Below, piece after piece: positions 47,773-57,770 of a stretch of 64,000 nucleotides of DNA; the first letter of the stretch is position 1; each line of letters opens with the position of its first letter. Both the position numbers and the translations under genes were made by a program. Under the pieces are notes generated by a model, which saw only the letters and a program-made list of their open reading frames with translations, was not told the DNA's origin and searched no databases. The stretch comes from an uncultured cyanobacterium (lineage in GTDB: Bacteria; Cyanobacteriota; Cyanobacteriia; Cyanobacteriales; CAWCAG01). Location: positions 2,016,001-2,080,000 of the forward strand of contig CAWCAG010000005.1 in the NCBI GenBank assembly GCA_963793425.1. The letters are read 5' to 3'.

Positions 47773-48195
47773 TTAGCTAAACAAATTTAGAGGAAAGTAA
47801 CCGTAGGTTCCATTAATTTCGTCATCCTCTGCTTGGCAAGAAATTAGTACTCCTCGATACTCTCCGGTATAAGAATCGAGGAAATGGGACATTCGCTGAG
47901 TATTATATTTGATATAAACCGGTTGTTCCATCTGAGGAATAGAAAGTGATTCTGTCAGAGAATCATAACCTAATGCTCGGAGATATGCTGATAGAGCAAT
48001 CATACCTTGTTTTGAATCATTGGCACAAATACCTAGATTTTCCGACTCTGATTGTTCCGTAATCAGTAGAATCGCTTGTTGTAATCGCTCTTTTTCTTTG
48101 GTTGTGTTGACAGCTTTTGTTTGAGTACCACTGTAAAGAGCAAGTATCTTTTTGGCTTCTTTTATAGTTAGGTTAGATGTTTTAGGAGTAGTCAT
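47773..48195 (-). CDS. DUF1824-like cyanobacterial protein
   Basis: NLGICA, PVYIKYNT, YTGEYRGVLISCQ, GTYGYFPL. Confidence 0.75.
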   Translation of the reverse strand: MTTPKTSNLTIKEAKKILALYSGTQTKAVNTTKEKERLQQAILLITEQSESENLGICANDSKQGMIALSAYLRALGYDSLTESLSIPQMEQPVYIKYNTQRMSHFLDSYTGEYRGVLISCQAEDDEINGTYGYFPLNLFS

Positions 48196-48202
48196 TAATG
48201 AT

Positions 48203-48520
48203 TTAATAATAAAGAGATGATTTGTATAATACTTGTTCTTGGTGAGTTTCTAAAACACAATTAGATTGAGGATAGGCAACACAAGTTACCGTATAACCCC
48301 CTTGGATTTCCTCTGGTTTAAGGAAGTTTTGTTCCTTTTGATCTACTTTGCCACTGACAATTTTAGCTAAACAAGCAGAGCATTCTCCCTGTAAGCATCC
48401 TGAAGGTAAGGTGATGCCAAATTCATCAGCTATATCAAATATATATTGGTCTGAGGGAACTTCAATGGTCTGATCAATGTTGAGTTGTTGATTAACTAAG
48501 CGAACTTGATAAACTGGCAT
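48203..48520 (-). CDS. Plant-type [2Fe-2S] ferredoxin
   Basis: LPSGCLQGECSAC...TCVAYPQSNC. Confidence 0.92.
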   Translation of the reverse strand: MPVYQVRLVNQQLNIDQTIEVPSDQYIFDIADEFGITLPSGCLQGECSACLAKIVSGKVDQKEQNFLKPEEIQGGYTVTCVAYPQSNCVLETHQEQVLYKSSLYY

Positions 48521-48547
48521 TGCTAACTCCTGGAATATAGTTTTACT

Positions 48548-48859
48548 TTAGGAATTTGATTTCTCATTTAATCCCAAAAGTTCTTTGACTTTGACGACAA
48601 GATTAACCACATCTTGGGAAGAAATTTTGAGTAAAGTAATCATACCAATGCCAATGAGAATAGTTCCCAATAAACCATTATCTCGATAAAGATATAAACC
48701 CAAAAGGGCGACAAAATAGGGAGAAATGATTTTACTAATTTTCTCTACTGTCATAACCAAATCAGAATTTTCTCTAGCTGGCACTTTTCCTAAAGATGTT
48801 TCCGGCGGCAAGATAATCTGATCTTCAGCCTGTTTTTTGCCTAGTTCTTCCCCTGACAT
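48548..48859 (-). CDS. Small hypothetical membrane protein
   Basis: Two hydrophobic segments; AAGG RBS before MSGEELGK. Confidence 0.7.
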   Translation of the reverse strand: MSGEELGKKQAEDQIILPPETSLGKVPARENSDLVMTVEKISKIISPYFVALLGLYLYRDNGLLGTILIGIGMITLLKISSQDVVNLVVKVKELLGLNEKSNS

Positions 48860-48966
48860 ACTCAAATACCTTATTAACCTAGTGATATCCCTAGCTAATA
48901 GCACATAGTTTTGCTCAAAGCAATCTTAAGGAAGGGGTTTGTTACAAATTGGGAAAGAATATAGAT

Positions 48967-49656
48967 TTAAGAGAAGCCGTCCCTACTGGCTTTTTTAGCT
49001 AGTAAAGGTAGCAAGGAGAGTAAGGTTAAAAAACCTAAAGCGAGGTAAAAAGATAATTTTTCTCCTCCTTGCCAAGCTTCCAAACCACTTACTCCTAACC
49101 AAGTGTAGGCTAAAGTTCCTGGAATTATGCCGAAAAAAGTGCCTGTGGAGTAGGGCAACCAATTAATTGGGGTTAAACCAAAAAGGAAATTTACGATATT
49201 AAAAGGAGAAATGGGAGCAAAGCGCACGACAAGAACAGAGGTCAAAGGTTTCTTGACAACTGCTTGTTTAAACTTAACTAGGGCTTTATGTTTACCTAAC
49301 TTACGCTCAATCCAACCATGAAGAAGATACCTTGCTGTCCAAAATGCACCTATGGCTCCCAAAGTTGCTCCTACAACTGACCAAAGTGTTCCCCAAAATA
49401 AACCAAAAACGATCCCTCCTGCTATGGTTAAAATGGTTCCCGGAATGCCAATAATGGTTAGCAAGATATAAGTGAAGATGAATTTTAGGGCCGCTAATTT
49501 GCCATGGCTTTGAATTTTTTCTACTAAGTAATCTTGATTGAAAATGACTTTCAAAGGGCCAAAAATGCAAAGTAAAATACAAATTATTAGGGCTATTGCC
49601 AGCCAAAAACGATAGCTTTTCAGGATAGTAATCGGCTTGGTTAATTTCCTAGCCAT
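48967..49656 (-). CDS. TVP38/TMEM64 (DedA superfamily) membrane protein
   Basis: GIPGTILTIAGGIVFG, RFAPISPFNIVNF, GIIPGT; start overlaps the upstream stop by 8 bp. Confidence 0.9.
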   Translation of the reverse strand: MARKLTKPITILKSYRFWLAIALIICILLCIFGPLKVIFNQDYLVEKIQSHGKLAALKFIFTYILLTIIGIPGTILTIAGGIVFGLFWGTLWSVVGATLGAIGAFWTARYLLHGWIERKLGKHKALVKFKQAVVKKPLTSVLVVRFAPISPFNIVNFLFGLTPINWLPYSTGTFFGIIPGTLAYTWLGVSGLEAWQGGEKLSFYLALGFLTLLSLLPLLAKKASRDGFS

Positions 49657-50368
49657 TATCTTTTTTAGTTTGAAATTTTTTGATAGCAATAGGTACAGCA
49701 GAAAGTAATGCCAAGACAGCTAATGCACCTACTAATTGCCACGGTGGCCCCCCGGCTAAAGCTTCTGTACCACCTCTTCCTAACCAACTATAGGCAAAGG
49801 TTCCTGGCAAAATACCAATGGCGGTAGCGAGTACATAAGCCCCCAGGGGAATAGGTGTTAAACCAAAAAGGTAATTAACCGCATTAAAGGGGAAAATTGG
49901 TGCTAAGCGGATAGTTAAGGCATATTGAAAGCCTTCTTCTTCTAAACCTGCTTGAATTTTTCTTAAGCGATCGCCTTTAGCAAATTGTTGTTTCGCCCAA
50001 TCCCCAGCAATGAATCTAGATACTAAAAAGGCTGCTGTTGCCCCTAATGTTGCACCAATTACTGTCCATAAAGTTCCCCAAAAAGGGCCGAATACTGCCC
50101 CGGAAGAGAGGGTTAAAATTGTTCCCGGTACACCAAAGACTGCGGCAACGATATAAATAAGAATGTATCCTAAAGGAGCAAAAACCCCTGCTTTGTCAGC
50201 TAACTCTTGTAACTTTTCTGGTTTAATGAAATCCGTTAATCCGGTTTGATTAACAATAATAATGACAGCAGCTATAACCACAGCCCCAATCGCAAGCTTT
50301 AACCAAGGCTTTTTAGATTTTTTCTTGATTTTACTATTTTCTATTTCTACTGAATCTGCACGTTCCAA
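49649..50368 (-). CDS. TVP38/TMEM64 (DedA superfamily) membrane protein
   Basis: GVPGTILTLSSGAVFG, RLAPIFPFNAVNY, GILPGT; GGAGG RBS. Confidence 0.9.
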   Translation of the reverse strand: MERADSVEIENSKIKKKSKKPWLKLAIGAVVIAAVIIIVNQTGLTDFIKPEKLQELADKAGVFAPLGYILIYIVAAVFGVPGTILTLSSGAVFGPFWGTLWTVIGATLGATAAFLVSRFIAGDWAKQQFAKGDRLRKIQAGLEEEGFQYALTIRLAPIFPFNAVNYLFGLTPIPLGAYVLATAIGILPGTFAYSWLGRGGTEALAGGPPWQLVGALAVLALLSAVPIAIKKFQTKKDNG

Positions 50369-50400
50369 AACTCAACCTCCTTAACTTATTACTTGTTACT

Positions 50401-51408
50401 TTAAACCAACGCTCCTCCGCAACTAGAGCCACTTCCTGCTGTACAACCATAACAATATGTAGCAGTTTTAATCTCTTGAATAACATCAAGATTATTTAAC
50501 TCTAATAACTTCCCCAAGGTTAATTTTTCTCCTTGAGGAGTTGTGGCAGAAAGATTTGCCATTTGGTTAAAATCGCAATCGTAAATATTCCCTAAATAAT
50601 CAACGGAAAGTTCGTTACGGCACATCAAAGCAGGTACAGTTGCAGGGTTATAACTTGCTTCTAAAAACTTGAGGTAAGGTTGATGTAATTCGCGACGTTG
50701 TAAAAATTGTTTGGTTCTCCCGACGGGAATATTGGTAATAGTGAAGAGATTGTTGAACTGAATATTAAAGTGTTCTTGTAAATAGGTTTTGTAGTCAGAT
50801 TCTAATTTCTGTTGCTCAGGAGTCAAGGAAAAGTTTCTATCAACGGGAAGGCCAGGATTATAAACTAAATCAAGAACCAAATTATCTGTTTTACCATAAC
50901 CCAAATCGTTTAATTTTTGAATAGCTTTGATAGAATCATGATAAACTCCTGCCCCTCTTTGCTTATCAACATTATCTTCTAAGTAACAGGGTAAAGAAGC
51001 CACAACTCTAAGTTGATTCTTAGCAAAATATTCTGGCAAATCTGTATATCCTGGCTCAAAGAAAATAGTTAAATTAGAGCGGACAATCACTTCTTTGTTT
51101 TTGCTTCTTGCTGCTGCTACCAACTCTCGAAAACCGTAATTCATCTCTGGCGCACCACCAGTTAAGTCAACGGTTTCAATTTGAGGAAAACGATTAATTA
51201 CCTCAATTAATTGTTGACAAACTTGAGGGGATAATTCTTCTGTTCTTTTTGGTCCAGCTTCCACATGGCAATGGGTACAGGCTAAGTTACAGCGTCGCCC
51301 TAAGTTGATTTGTAAGATAGTGATTTTCTGCTTATTTAAAGAAGTAACTACTTTTTGAGCAAAAGGAGTAACTTTTCCTAATTGTTCTTTACTAGGAGAT
51401 TGAACCAT
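50401..51408 (-). CDS. arsS: Arsenosugar biosynthesis radical SAM protein
   Basis: LQINLGRRCNLACTHCHV, DLTGGAPE, ASLPCY, YDCDFNQ, C-terminal CYGCTAGSGSSCGG. Confidence 0.88.
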   Translation of the reverse strand: MVQSPSKEQLGKVTPFAQKVVTSLNKQKITILQINLGRRCNLACTHCHVEAGPKRTEELSPQVCQQLIEVINRFPQIETVDLTGGAPEMNYGFRELVAAARSKNKEVIVRSNLTIFFEPGYTDLPEYFAKNQLRVVASLPCYLEDNVDKQRGAGVYHDSIKAIQKLNDLGYGKTDNLVLDLVYNPGLPVDRNFSLTPEQQKLESDYKTYLQEHFNIQFNNLFTITNIPVGRTKQFLQRRELHQPYLKFLEASYNPATVPALMCRNELSVDYLGNIYDCDFNQMANLSATTPQGEKLTLGKLLELNNLDVIQEIKTATYCYGCTAGSGSSCGGALV

Positions 51409-51433
51409 TGTTAAGTAATAAATAATATGTAAT

Positions 51434-51464
51434 ATGTAATAGGCAAGGTGATTGCCTATTACAT
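51434..51464. promoter_or_regulatory. Perfect 13-bp stem-loop in the arsM-arsS spacer
   Basis: atgtaataggcaa-ggtga-ttgcctattacat. Confidence 0.55.
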
Positions 51465-51469
51465 GGCAA

Positions 51470-52654
51470 CTAACAACAAGTGTCAGTCATTGTTAATTGA
51501 TAATTTGACCCCTTGCTTTCTTTAGGATGGCGAATTGCATTAGTTTTACATTTAAACTCTTTGGCTGCTTCTAAGCTAATCTCTTCGTAGGGTTCAATGG
51601 CAATAACATCTTCACCATAAGCCCCTTCTGAATTAGTTAAAATCTGGAAAATTTTATCACAAACTGCCATAGCTTTTCCCCTATAAAAAGTATGGCCATC
51701 ATCATCGATAACTTGCTTCCAAGGGCCTTTATAAATTACCGCTTGGTTACGTTCTAAACAAGTACCTTCTTTACCTTTATAAGCCCGTACAGTCAAAGAA
51801 CGAAACTCAATACCATCAATAACTTGCCAAGGCTCTGTTTGACGATTAAGAATCTCGATACCATAGAAACCAGCTTCTTCAAACATAGCTAAAAAAGCAT
51901 CTTCTCGAAAAGCCCCAGCAATGCAGCCACTCCATAATTCGGGATCTTGAAGAATATTAGCTGTAGGGTTTTCATCACAAACGATATCAGAAATAACTGC
52001 CCTACCTCCTCGTTTGAGGACTCGGTGAATTTCTTGGAATAGTTGCTGCTTGTCTTGAGGACGAACAAGATTAAGGACACAGTTGGAAATGACTACATCA
52101 ATACTATTATCCTCTATCAATGGTTCTTGAACTCGCAGGCGCTCACACTCCGCTTCAAAAGCTTCCATTTCTGGTAAAGAAGTAATGGGATGTGCTTGCA
52201 ACCATGTTTGCATTCTGCCCCAATCCAACTTTAAGTCTTGGATTTTACCCTTGACAAAATTGGTATTATGGTAGCCAATTTTTGTGGCTATTTCTTCTTG
52301 ATACTTCCTTGCCAAACCCAGCATCTCATCGTTAAAATCAACACCAACAATTTTGCCTTCAGAGCCAACTTTTTGGGCGAGTATATAACAATTTTTACCG
52401 ACACCGGAACCCAAATCTACTACTGTTTCCCCCTTAGAGACATAACGGGTAGGATCGCCACAGCCGTAGTCTTTGGCAACGATCTCCTCTGGTAAAATGC
52501 TCAGGTAATTACCTTCGTATTCTGTGGGGCAGCACAAGCTAGGTTGTACTTTTTTTGCTCCAGCTTCATATCTTTCTAATACAGCATTTTCAACGTTATA
52601 TCCCAATAACTCTGAAGTATTTGGCTGTTGTTGCTCTGTCGTAACTTCAGTCAC
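51470..52654 (-). CDS. arsM: ArsM-like As(III) SAM-dependent methyltransferase
   Basis: LCCP, YGCGDP, VDLGSGVG, VISNCVLNL, WSGCIAGA; C-terminal CC; adjacent to arsS. Confidence 0.8.
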   Translation of the reverse strand: MTEVTTEQQQPNTSELLGYNVENAVLERYEAGAKKVQPSLCCPTEYEGNYLSILPEEIVAKDYGCGDPTRYVSKGETVVDLGSGVGKNCYILAQKVGSEGKIVGVDFNDEMLGLARKYQEEIATKIGYHNTNFVKGKIQDLKLDWGRMQTWLQAHPITSLPEMEAFEAECERLRVQEPLIEDNSIDVVISNCVLNLVRPQDKQQLFQEIHRVLKRGGRAVISDIVCDENPTANILQDPELWSGCIAGAFREDAFLAMFEEAGFYGIEILNRQTEPWQVIDGIEFRSLTVRAYKGKEGTCLERNQAVIYKGPWKQVIDDDGHTFYRGKAMAVCDKIFQILTNSEGAYGEDVIAIEPYEEISLEAAKEFKCKTNAIRHPKESKGSNYQLTMTDTCC

Positions 52655-52858
52655 AAGTAATTTTCCTCTAGCAATTATTAACTATCAACCGACGCGGGGT
52701 CGCACTCCAATTATCAATTATTAACTTAAATTTTGTATACATAGGAGTATTAAACAAAGCCGAACTTAAATTTCCCTGAGAAAGGGGGTAGAGTGAGGTT
52801 AAAAATTGGGGAGATGGATAACTTATAGAGGGATAATCTCATGGAATTAGTAATCAAC

Positions 52859-52886
52859 AAAAAAGACGGGTTTTAGACCCGTCTTT
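52859..52886 (-). terminator. Intrinsic terminator of the Mn-catalase gene
   Basis: aaaaaagacggg-ttttaga-cccgtcttt, with the U-tail on the minus strand. Confidence 0.75.
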
Positions 52887-52912
52887 AAATCACATTTGCT
52901 TACCAAGTATTT

Positions 52913-53608
52913 TTAGGAATTTTCTTTCATCGGCTCAGCTACATAATTAAAATTCTTGTCAGAATTCCAAGGGCCACGTTCATCTTTACCGTCACCATTG
53001 GTAGAGAGATTGTAATAAAGATCCACTGTTTCATCAGGCTGAACATTGCCGAAGAAAGGATCGGTTAATTTCCCTAAAGAATTCAATGCTTCCATGAACA
53101 TTTTTGTATGGGAAATTTCGCGAGTTAATAAATGTACTAAAGTATCTTTTGTTCCTTCGTCTGGTGCTAATTTAATTAAGGATTCATAGGTTTGTCGCGC
53201 CCCCGCTTCTGCTGCAATGTTTGCTCGTAAATCTCTAACCACATCACCACCTTCATTAAGATAAGTAGCTGTCCAAGCACTACCTTGAGAATCTAAGAAA
53301 TGAGGCCCTTGACCACGTACAGCGAATAAAGTACTTTTATAAGCATCTGTTTGGTCAACATTTTTGGTATGAATTTCAATTAGTTTGCCAATCATTTCTA
53401 AATGGCTAAACTCTTCTACAGCGATGTCTTGCAACATATCTTTGATGCCAGCATCTTCAACATGAAAAGACTGTACCCAATATTGTAGAGCCGCAGAAAG
53501 TTCTCCGGTTGCACCACCAAATTGTTCTAAAAGAAGCTGAGCAAAACGTGGGTCTGCTTCTTTAACATTTACTGTTTTATTAATTAGTTCTTTTTTGTGA
53601 AAAAACAC
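52913..53608 (-). CDS. Manganese catalase (KatB-like)
   Basis: LLEQFGGATGELSAALQY, DIAVEEFSHLE, NIAAEAGAR, REISH. Confidence 0.92.
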   Translation of the reverse strand: MFFHKKELINKTVNVKEADPRFAQLLLEQFGGATGELSAALQYWVQSFHVEDAGIKDMLQDIAVEEFSHLEMIGKLIEIHTKNVDQTDAYKSTLFAVRGQGPHFLDSQGSAWTATYLNEGGDVVRDLRANIAAEAGARQTYESLIKLAPDEGTKDTLVHLLTREISHTKMFMEALNSLGKLTDPFFGNVQPDETVDLYYNLSTNGDGKDERGPWNSDKNFNYVAEPMKENS

Positions 53609-54019
53609 TGATTTAGTAGCTCCTCTTATAGAGAAAACAACAAAGATAAATATTTCGTTGCTATACTCAATTTCTTTTTTATCCTAAGTTAAATTAAGCT
53701 AGTAAAGCTTGGTTCCCAAGTAAGACTTGTGAGGGAGTAAACTTACTCATAAAGAAATAAAAACAAGAAATAGTCTTCTAACTTCTGGAATAGTCACGAA
53801 AGCAGGGAGCAGTGAGCAGCCAAGAGTTGCAGCTTATTTTAGCTGAGTCTGCAATATATCTTTTAAATGTGTAGCAGTTCAGAAAAGCTGAGAGGAAAAG
53901 TTTATCTCACTCTCACCTCAAACTAATCTCTTCAGAACTCCTTGGCAGTAAACTAACCAGAAGAAAGGGAAAAATAAATTTGCTAATCCAGTTCTATTGA
54001 AGAAAAAGAAGGTGTAAAC

Positions 54020-55441
54020 GTGGCAGTTGAATATGATGTTGTCGTCATAGGCGGTGGTTCTGGAGGCTTGGTGGTGGCTAGTGTGGCGGCACAACTCAAA
54101 GCTAAGGTTGCCTTAGTAGAAAAAGACCGTTTAGGAGGGGATTGTCTCTGGTATGGTTGCGTTCCTAGTAAATCCTTAATTCATGCTGCCCGTAGCGCCT
54201 ATGAAGTTAAACACGCTGCCCGTTTTGGTGTTCATACTGAGGGAGTAAAAATTGACTTCGCCCAAGCGAATAGTCATGTACAAAAAGTAATTGCAGCTAT
54301 TGAACCCAACGATTCCCCGGAAAGATTTCGTGGTTTGGGGGTGGAAGTGATTTTTGGTTCCGGTCAATTCTTAGATAGCAAAACCTTCGTTGTCGGCAAT
54401 CGCCAACTCAAAGCCCGTGCCTTCGTTATTGCCACAGGTTCCCGCCCCTCTGCCCCTCCCATAACAGGTTTAGAAGAGGCGGGTTATTTAACCAACGAAC
54501 AGGTTTTTTCTCTTCAAGAGCTTCCTGAATCCTTAGCTATTATTGGCGCAGGGCCGATCGGTTGTGAGTTGGGGCAATCTTTCCATCGTTTGGGGGCAGA
54601 AGTTACTATTATTGCTAGCCGACAACATATCTTACATAAGGAAGACCCAGAAGCAGCAGAAGTGGTAGAAAGACAGCTTGAATCTGAAGGTATTCGTATT
54701 CTTAAAGCAAGTCGGGCGGAAAAAGTTGAAGTTATTGAAGGGAAGAAGTGTGTGATTGCCGGAGACGAGAAAGTCTTGGTTGAAGAAATTTTAGTAGCCG
54801 CAGGACGCGCCCCCAATGTTGAAACCCTGAATTTAGAAGCAGCAGGGGTTAAGTATGACAAGAAAGGCATTAAGGTTAATGAAAAACTACAAACTTCCAA
54901 CAATCGTATTTACGCTTGCGGGGATGTTATTGGGGGTTATCAGTTTACCCATGTAGCTGGTTATGAAGGGGGAGTTGCCGCTACCAATGCCCTGTTTTTG
55001 CCTTTCAGCAAAGCTAATTATGAAGTTATACCTTGGGCAACTTTCACAGATCCAGAACTTGCCCGCGTGGGTTTAACCGAAGAACAAGCTAGGAAGCGTT
55101 ACGGAGATGATATTTATATTAACAAACAAGAGTTTGCTGATGTAGATCGCGCCCAAGCAGAAGGAGCTACAGCAGGGTTTTGTAAGATTATTACTAAAGG
55201 TAATGGAGAAATTCTCGGCGCACATATTGTAGGAGCCTCAGCAGGAGAATTAATCCATGAAGTTGTTTTAGCAATGGCGAATAAGTTAAAAGTTTCTGCC
55301 CTCAAAGGTATTCACATTTACCCAACTTTAACGGAGGTAAATGCTAAAGCGGCCTTAAAGTTAACTAAACAGAAATATGCCAAAAATGAAAGGCTGCAAG
55401 GAATTTTGCAGAAGCTATTTAACTTCCTGCGCTCTTTTTAG
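54020..55441 (+). CDS. Flavoprotein disulfide reductase (MerA/lipoamide dehydrogenase-like)
   Basis: GGGSGG, GGDCLWYGCVPSK, GAGPIG, HIYPTLTE; no NmerA domain and no C-terminal Cys pair. Confidence 0.88.
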   Translation: MAVEYDVVVIGGGSGGLVVASVAAQLKAKVALVEKDRLGGDCLWYGCVPSKSLIHAARSAYEVKHAARFGVHTEGVKIDFAQANSHVQKVIAAIEPNDSPERFRGLGVEVIFGSGQFLDSKTFVVGNRQLKARAFVIATGSRPSAPPITGLEEAGYLTNEQVFSLQELPESLAIIGAGPIGCELGQSFHRLGAEVTIIASRQHILHKEDPEAAEVVERQLESEGIRILKASRAEKVEVIEGKKCVIAGDEKVLVEEILVAAGRAPNVETLNLEAAGVKYDKKGIKVNEKLQTSNNRIYACGDVIGGYQFTHVAGYEGGVAATNALFLPFSKANYEVIPWATFTDPELARVGLTEEQARKRYGDDIYINKQEFADVDRAQAEGATAGFCKIITKGNGEILGAHIVGASAGELIHEVVLAMANKLKVSALKGIHIYPTLTEVNAKAALKLTKQKYAKNERLQGILQKLFNFLRSF

Positions 55442-55501
55442 GGAGGTGGGGAACTGGGGAGCTAAGGTTAAAACTATTAGCAACTAGCAATTAGCTATTA
55501 C

Positions 55502-56194
55502 CTAAGCTCGCTTTCCTGTGACAATATAAGAAACTCTTTGAGCGATATTAGTGGCATGATCTGCCATTCTTTCTAGGTGGCGGATTACTAAACCGAGAAT
55601 CAAAATTGGTTCTACTACTCCTTTAATATCTCGTTGCGAAGCTAAAGTGTTATAAAGATTGTCGTAAGCTTCATCTACGGTATCATCAAGCTTTTTAACT
55701 ATTTGTCCAGCATTAGGCTCTAAATCAGTCAGGGCAACTAAACTAACTGCTAACATTGCCTGAGCATGGCGAGACATGGTTTCAACTTCCCCAAGGCAGT
55801 GATGAGGAGGATAAGGTAATAGTTTGATGGCCATTTCTGCTAAATCTTCGGCATAGTCTCCAATCCGTTCTAAATCCCGTACCAATTGCATAAAAGCGCT
55901 CAATATTCTTAAGTCTTGGGCAACAGGAGATTGTAATGTCATCAAAGCAGCACATTCTCGCTCAATTTGACGATAGTAGTCATCGATTTGATCATCAAGA
56001 GAATTTATTTCTTCCAGAACCTGGAGGTTGCGTTCAAAAAGAGTTTGGTGGCTTAAGCGAAAAGATTGCTCTACTAATGCCCCCATGCGTAGAACCTCTT
56101 GTTGTAAGCGTCTTAAGGCACGCTCAAACTCCATGTTGGAGGAATGATATAAGGATTGAGAATTGTTAGTTTGCAAAGATAAGTTCACAGGCAA
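55502..56194 (-). CDS. phoU: Phosphate signalling regulator PhoU/SphU
   Basis: QSPVAQDLR, DLERIGD, LERMADHATNIA; exact start uncertain. Confidence 0.95.
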   Translation of the reverse strand: MPVNLSLQTNNSQSLYHSSNMEFERALRRLQQEVLRMGALVEQSFRLSHQTLFERNLQVLEEINSLDDQIDDYYRQIERECAALMTLQSPVAQDLRILSAFMQLVRDLERIGDYAEDLAEMAIKLLPYPPHHCLGEVETMSRHAQAMLAVSLVALTDLEPNAGQIVKKLDDTVDEAYDNLYNTLASQRDIKGVVEPILILGLVIRHLERMADHATNIAQRVSYIVTGKRA

Positions 56195-56297
56195 AAAGGA
56201 ATATTTAAAAAGATAATTAATTAAATTGATATAAGTCTAATCTAATTTCTTGTTTGTGAATAAAAAATAATGGCTTGTTAGTATTTCTGTATACATT

Positions 56298-57656
56298 TCA
56301 GGGCTGCTCTTTATTTGTATTACCCATCAACGGTAACTGAATTTGCAGCCAGCCACCACCTGTTTGAGGATGATTTTTGGCTTGAATGGAACCGTTATGG
56401 GCTTTGACTATTTCTTGAACAATGGAAAGCCCTAAACCACTACCACTGCTTATGGGTAACGCTGCTAAATTTTGGTGGTCAGAATCTTGGCGTTTGCGAG
56501 AAATATCTCCTCGGTAAAGCCTTTCAAATACATAGGGTAAATCGGCTTCAGAAAAGCCACTACCTGCATCAATTATATTGATTTGGACGAAAACATCTGT
56601 CTCTAATGTATCTTTTTCTAAAATTGGTAAGGGTTCAGGGGAAGTTGGAGTAATTGTTTTTACCTCAACTCGAATAACTTCACCAGCAGGACTATTTTTA
56701 ATGCCATTATCTAAAAGATTAATGAAAATCTGAGTTAAACGAGATTTATCTGCTTCTAAAGAAATACTTTTAACTTCAGAATAAGCAATTTTAATTTGCT
56801 TTTTTTGGGCGATAGGTTCTAAAATTTGCCAAGCGTAAAATACTAAGTCTTTTAAAACAAGGGGAGTTTTTACTAACTTTTGGTAAGGATTTTCTGCTAA
56901 ATTGCTAACTTCTAAATAATCTTGTACCAACTGCATCAAGCGATTACCTTCAGTTAGCATTTGTTCTACCCAAGAAAGTTCTATACCTTGAAGACGCATT
57001 TGTAAGGCTTCTGCCACCAAACTAATGGAAGTTAAGGGCGTACGCAGTTCGTGGGCTAAATCAGTAAAGGTGCGATCGCGCGAACGTTCTAATTCTGCTA
57101 GATGCTGTCTATTTTCAATAAAAATGCCAACTTGTTTTTGAGGCAGAGGTAAGCTAGAACCTCTTACCGAAAGAGAAGTTTGTAAAGGGTTTTGTTTTTG
57201 ATAATTAGTAGTATGAAATATCCATTCTCTAGTGTAGGATTTTTGGGAAATACGGGTTTGTTCAATTAAACGATCCAATTCATAGGAACGTACTAACTCT
57301 AGAATCAAACGTAACTGCCCTGGTTGCCAACGATCTATTTTGAGTAGTTTTTGTGCTTGTAGATTGCACCACAGTAAGCGATTTTCTTCGTCCACCTGTA
57401 GATAACCTACAGGGGCAGAATTAAGTAGATGCTGCCACTCCTGGATTTCTGCTTCTAGTTCCAGGGTTTGCTGATGAGAACGACTAATCTCTCGCCGCAC
57501 CTGATAAACCATCGGTAAAGAAACTGTATCAGCATTGTTATCAGGCAAAGAAGTTAGAACTTGTTTTAGTTTAGAGTTCAACTTTCGCTGTCGCCAAAAG
57601 CCAAAGCCGATTCCCAGGCTCAAACCTAAGATGAAGGCGATGATGATCTTAATCAT
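56298..57656 (-). CDS. sphS: Phosphate-sensing histidine kinase SphS/PhoR
   Basis: N-terminal TM, LELVRSYELD, AHELRTPLT, FERLYRGD, GSGLGL; lies between phoU and phoB. Confidence 0.88.
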   Translation of the reverse strand: MIKIIIAFILGLSLGIGFGFWRQRKLNSKLKQVLTSLPDNNADTVSLPMVYQVRREISRSHQQTLELEAEIQEWQHLLNSAPVGYLQVDEENRLLWCNLQAQKLLKIDRWQPGQLRLILELVRSYELDRLIEQTRISQKSYTREWIFHTTNYQKQNPLQTSLSVRGSSLPLPQKQVGIFIENRQHLAELERSRDRTFTDLAHELRTPLTSISLVAEALQMRLQGIELSWVEQMLTEGNRLMQLVQDYLEVSNLAENPYQKLVKTPLVLKDLVFYAWQILEPIAQKKQIKIAYSEVKSISLEADKSRLTQIFINLLDNGIKNSPAGEVIRVEVKTITPTSPEPLPILEKDTLETDVFVQINIIDAGSGFSEADLPYVFERLYRGDISRKRQDSDHQNLAALPISSGSGLGLSIVQEIVKAHNGSIQAKNHPQTGGGWLQIQLPLMGNTNKEQP

Positions 57657-57770
57657 TGGTCATATCCTTAGTCCTTTGTTATCGATTTTAGAGGGTGCAA
57701 CTGAAAACAGTTGTTCGCACCAATTTCAATTAAGAACTAATGACGAATAATCGCATGATAACTAAACTAA

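Noticed and set aside
50401..52654. Selenocysteine in ArsS or ArsM
   Set aside because: No in-frame TGA; the stops are TAA and TAG, and Cys occupies the motif positions.
54020..55441. Mercuric reductase merA
   Set aside because: Lacks the NmerA domain and the C-terminal Cys-Cys pair, and no mer genes are nearby.
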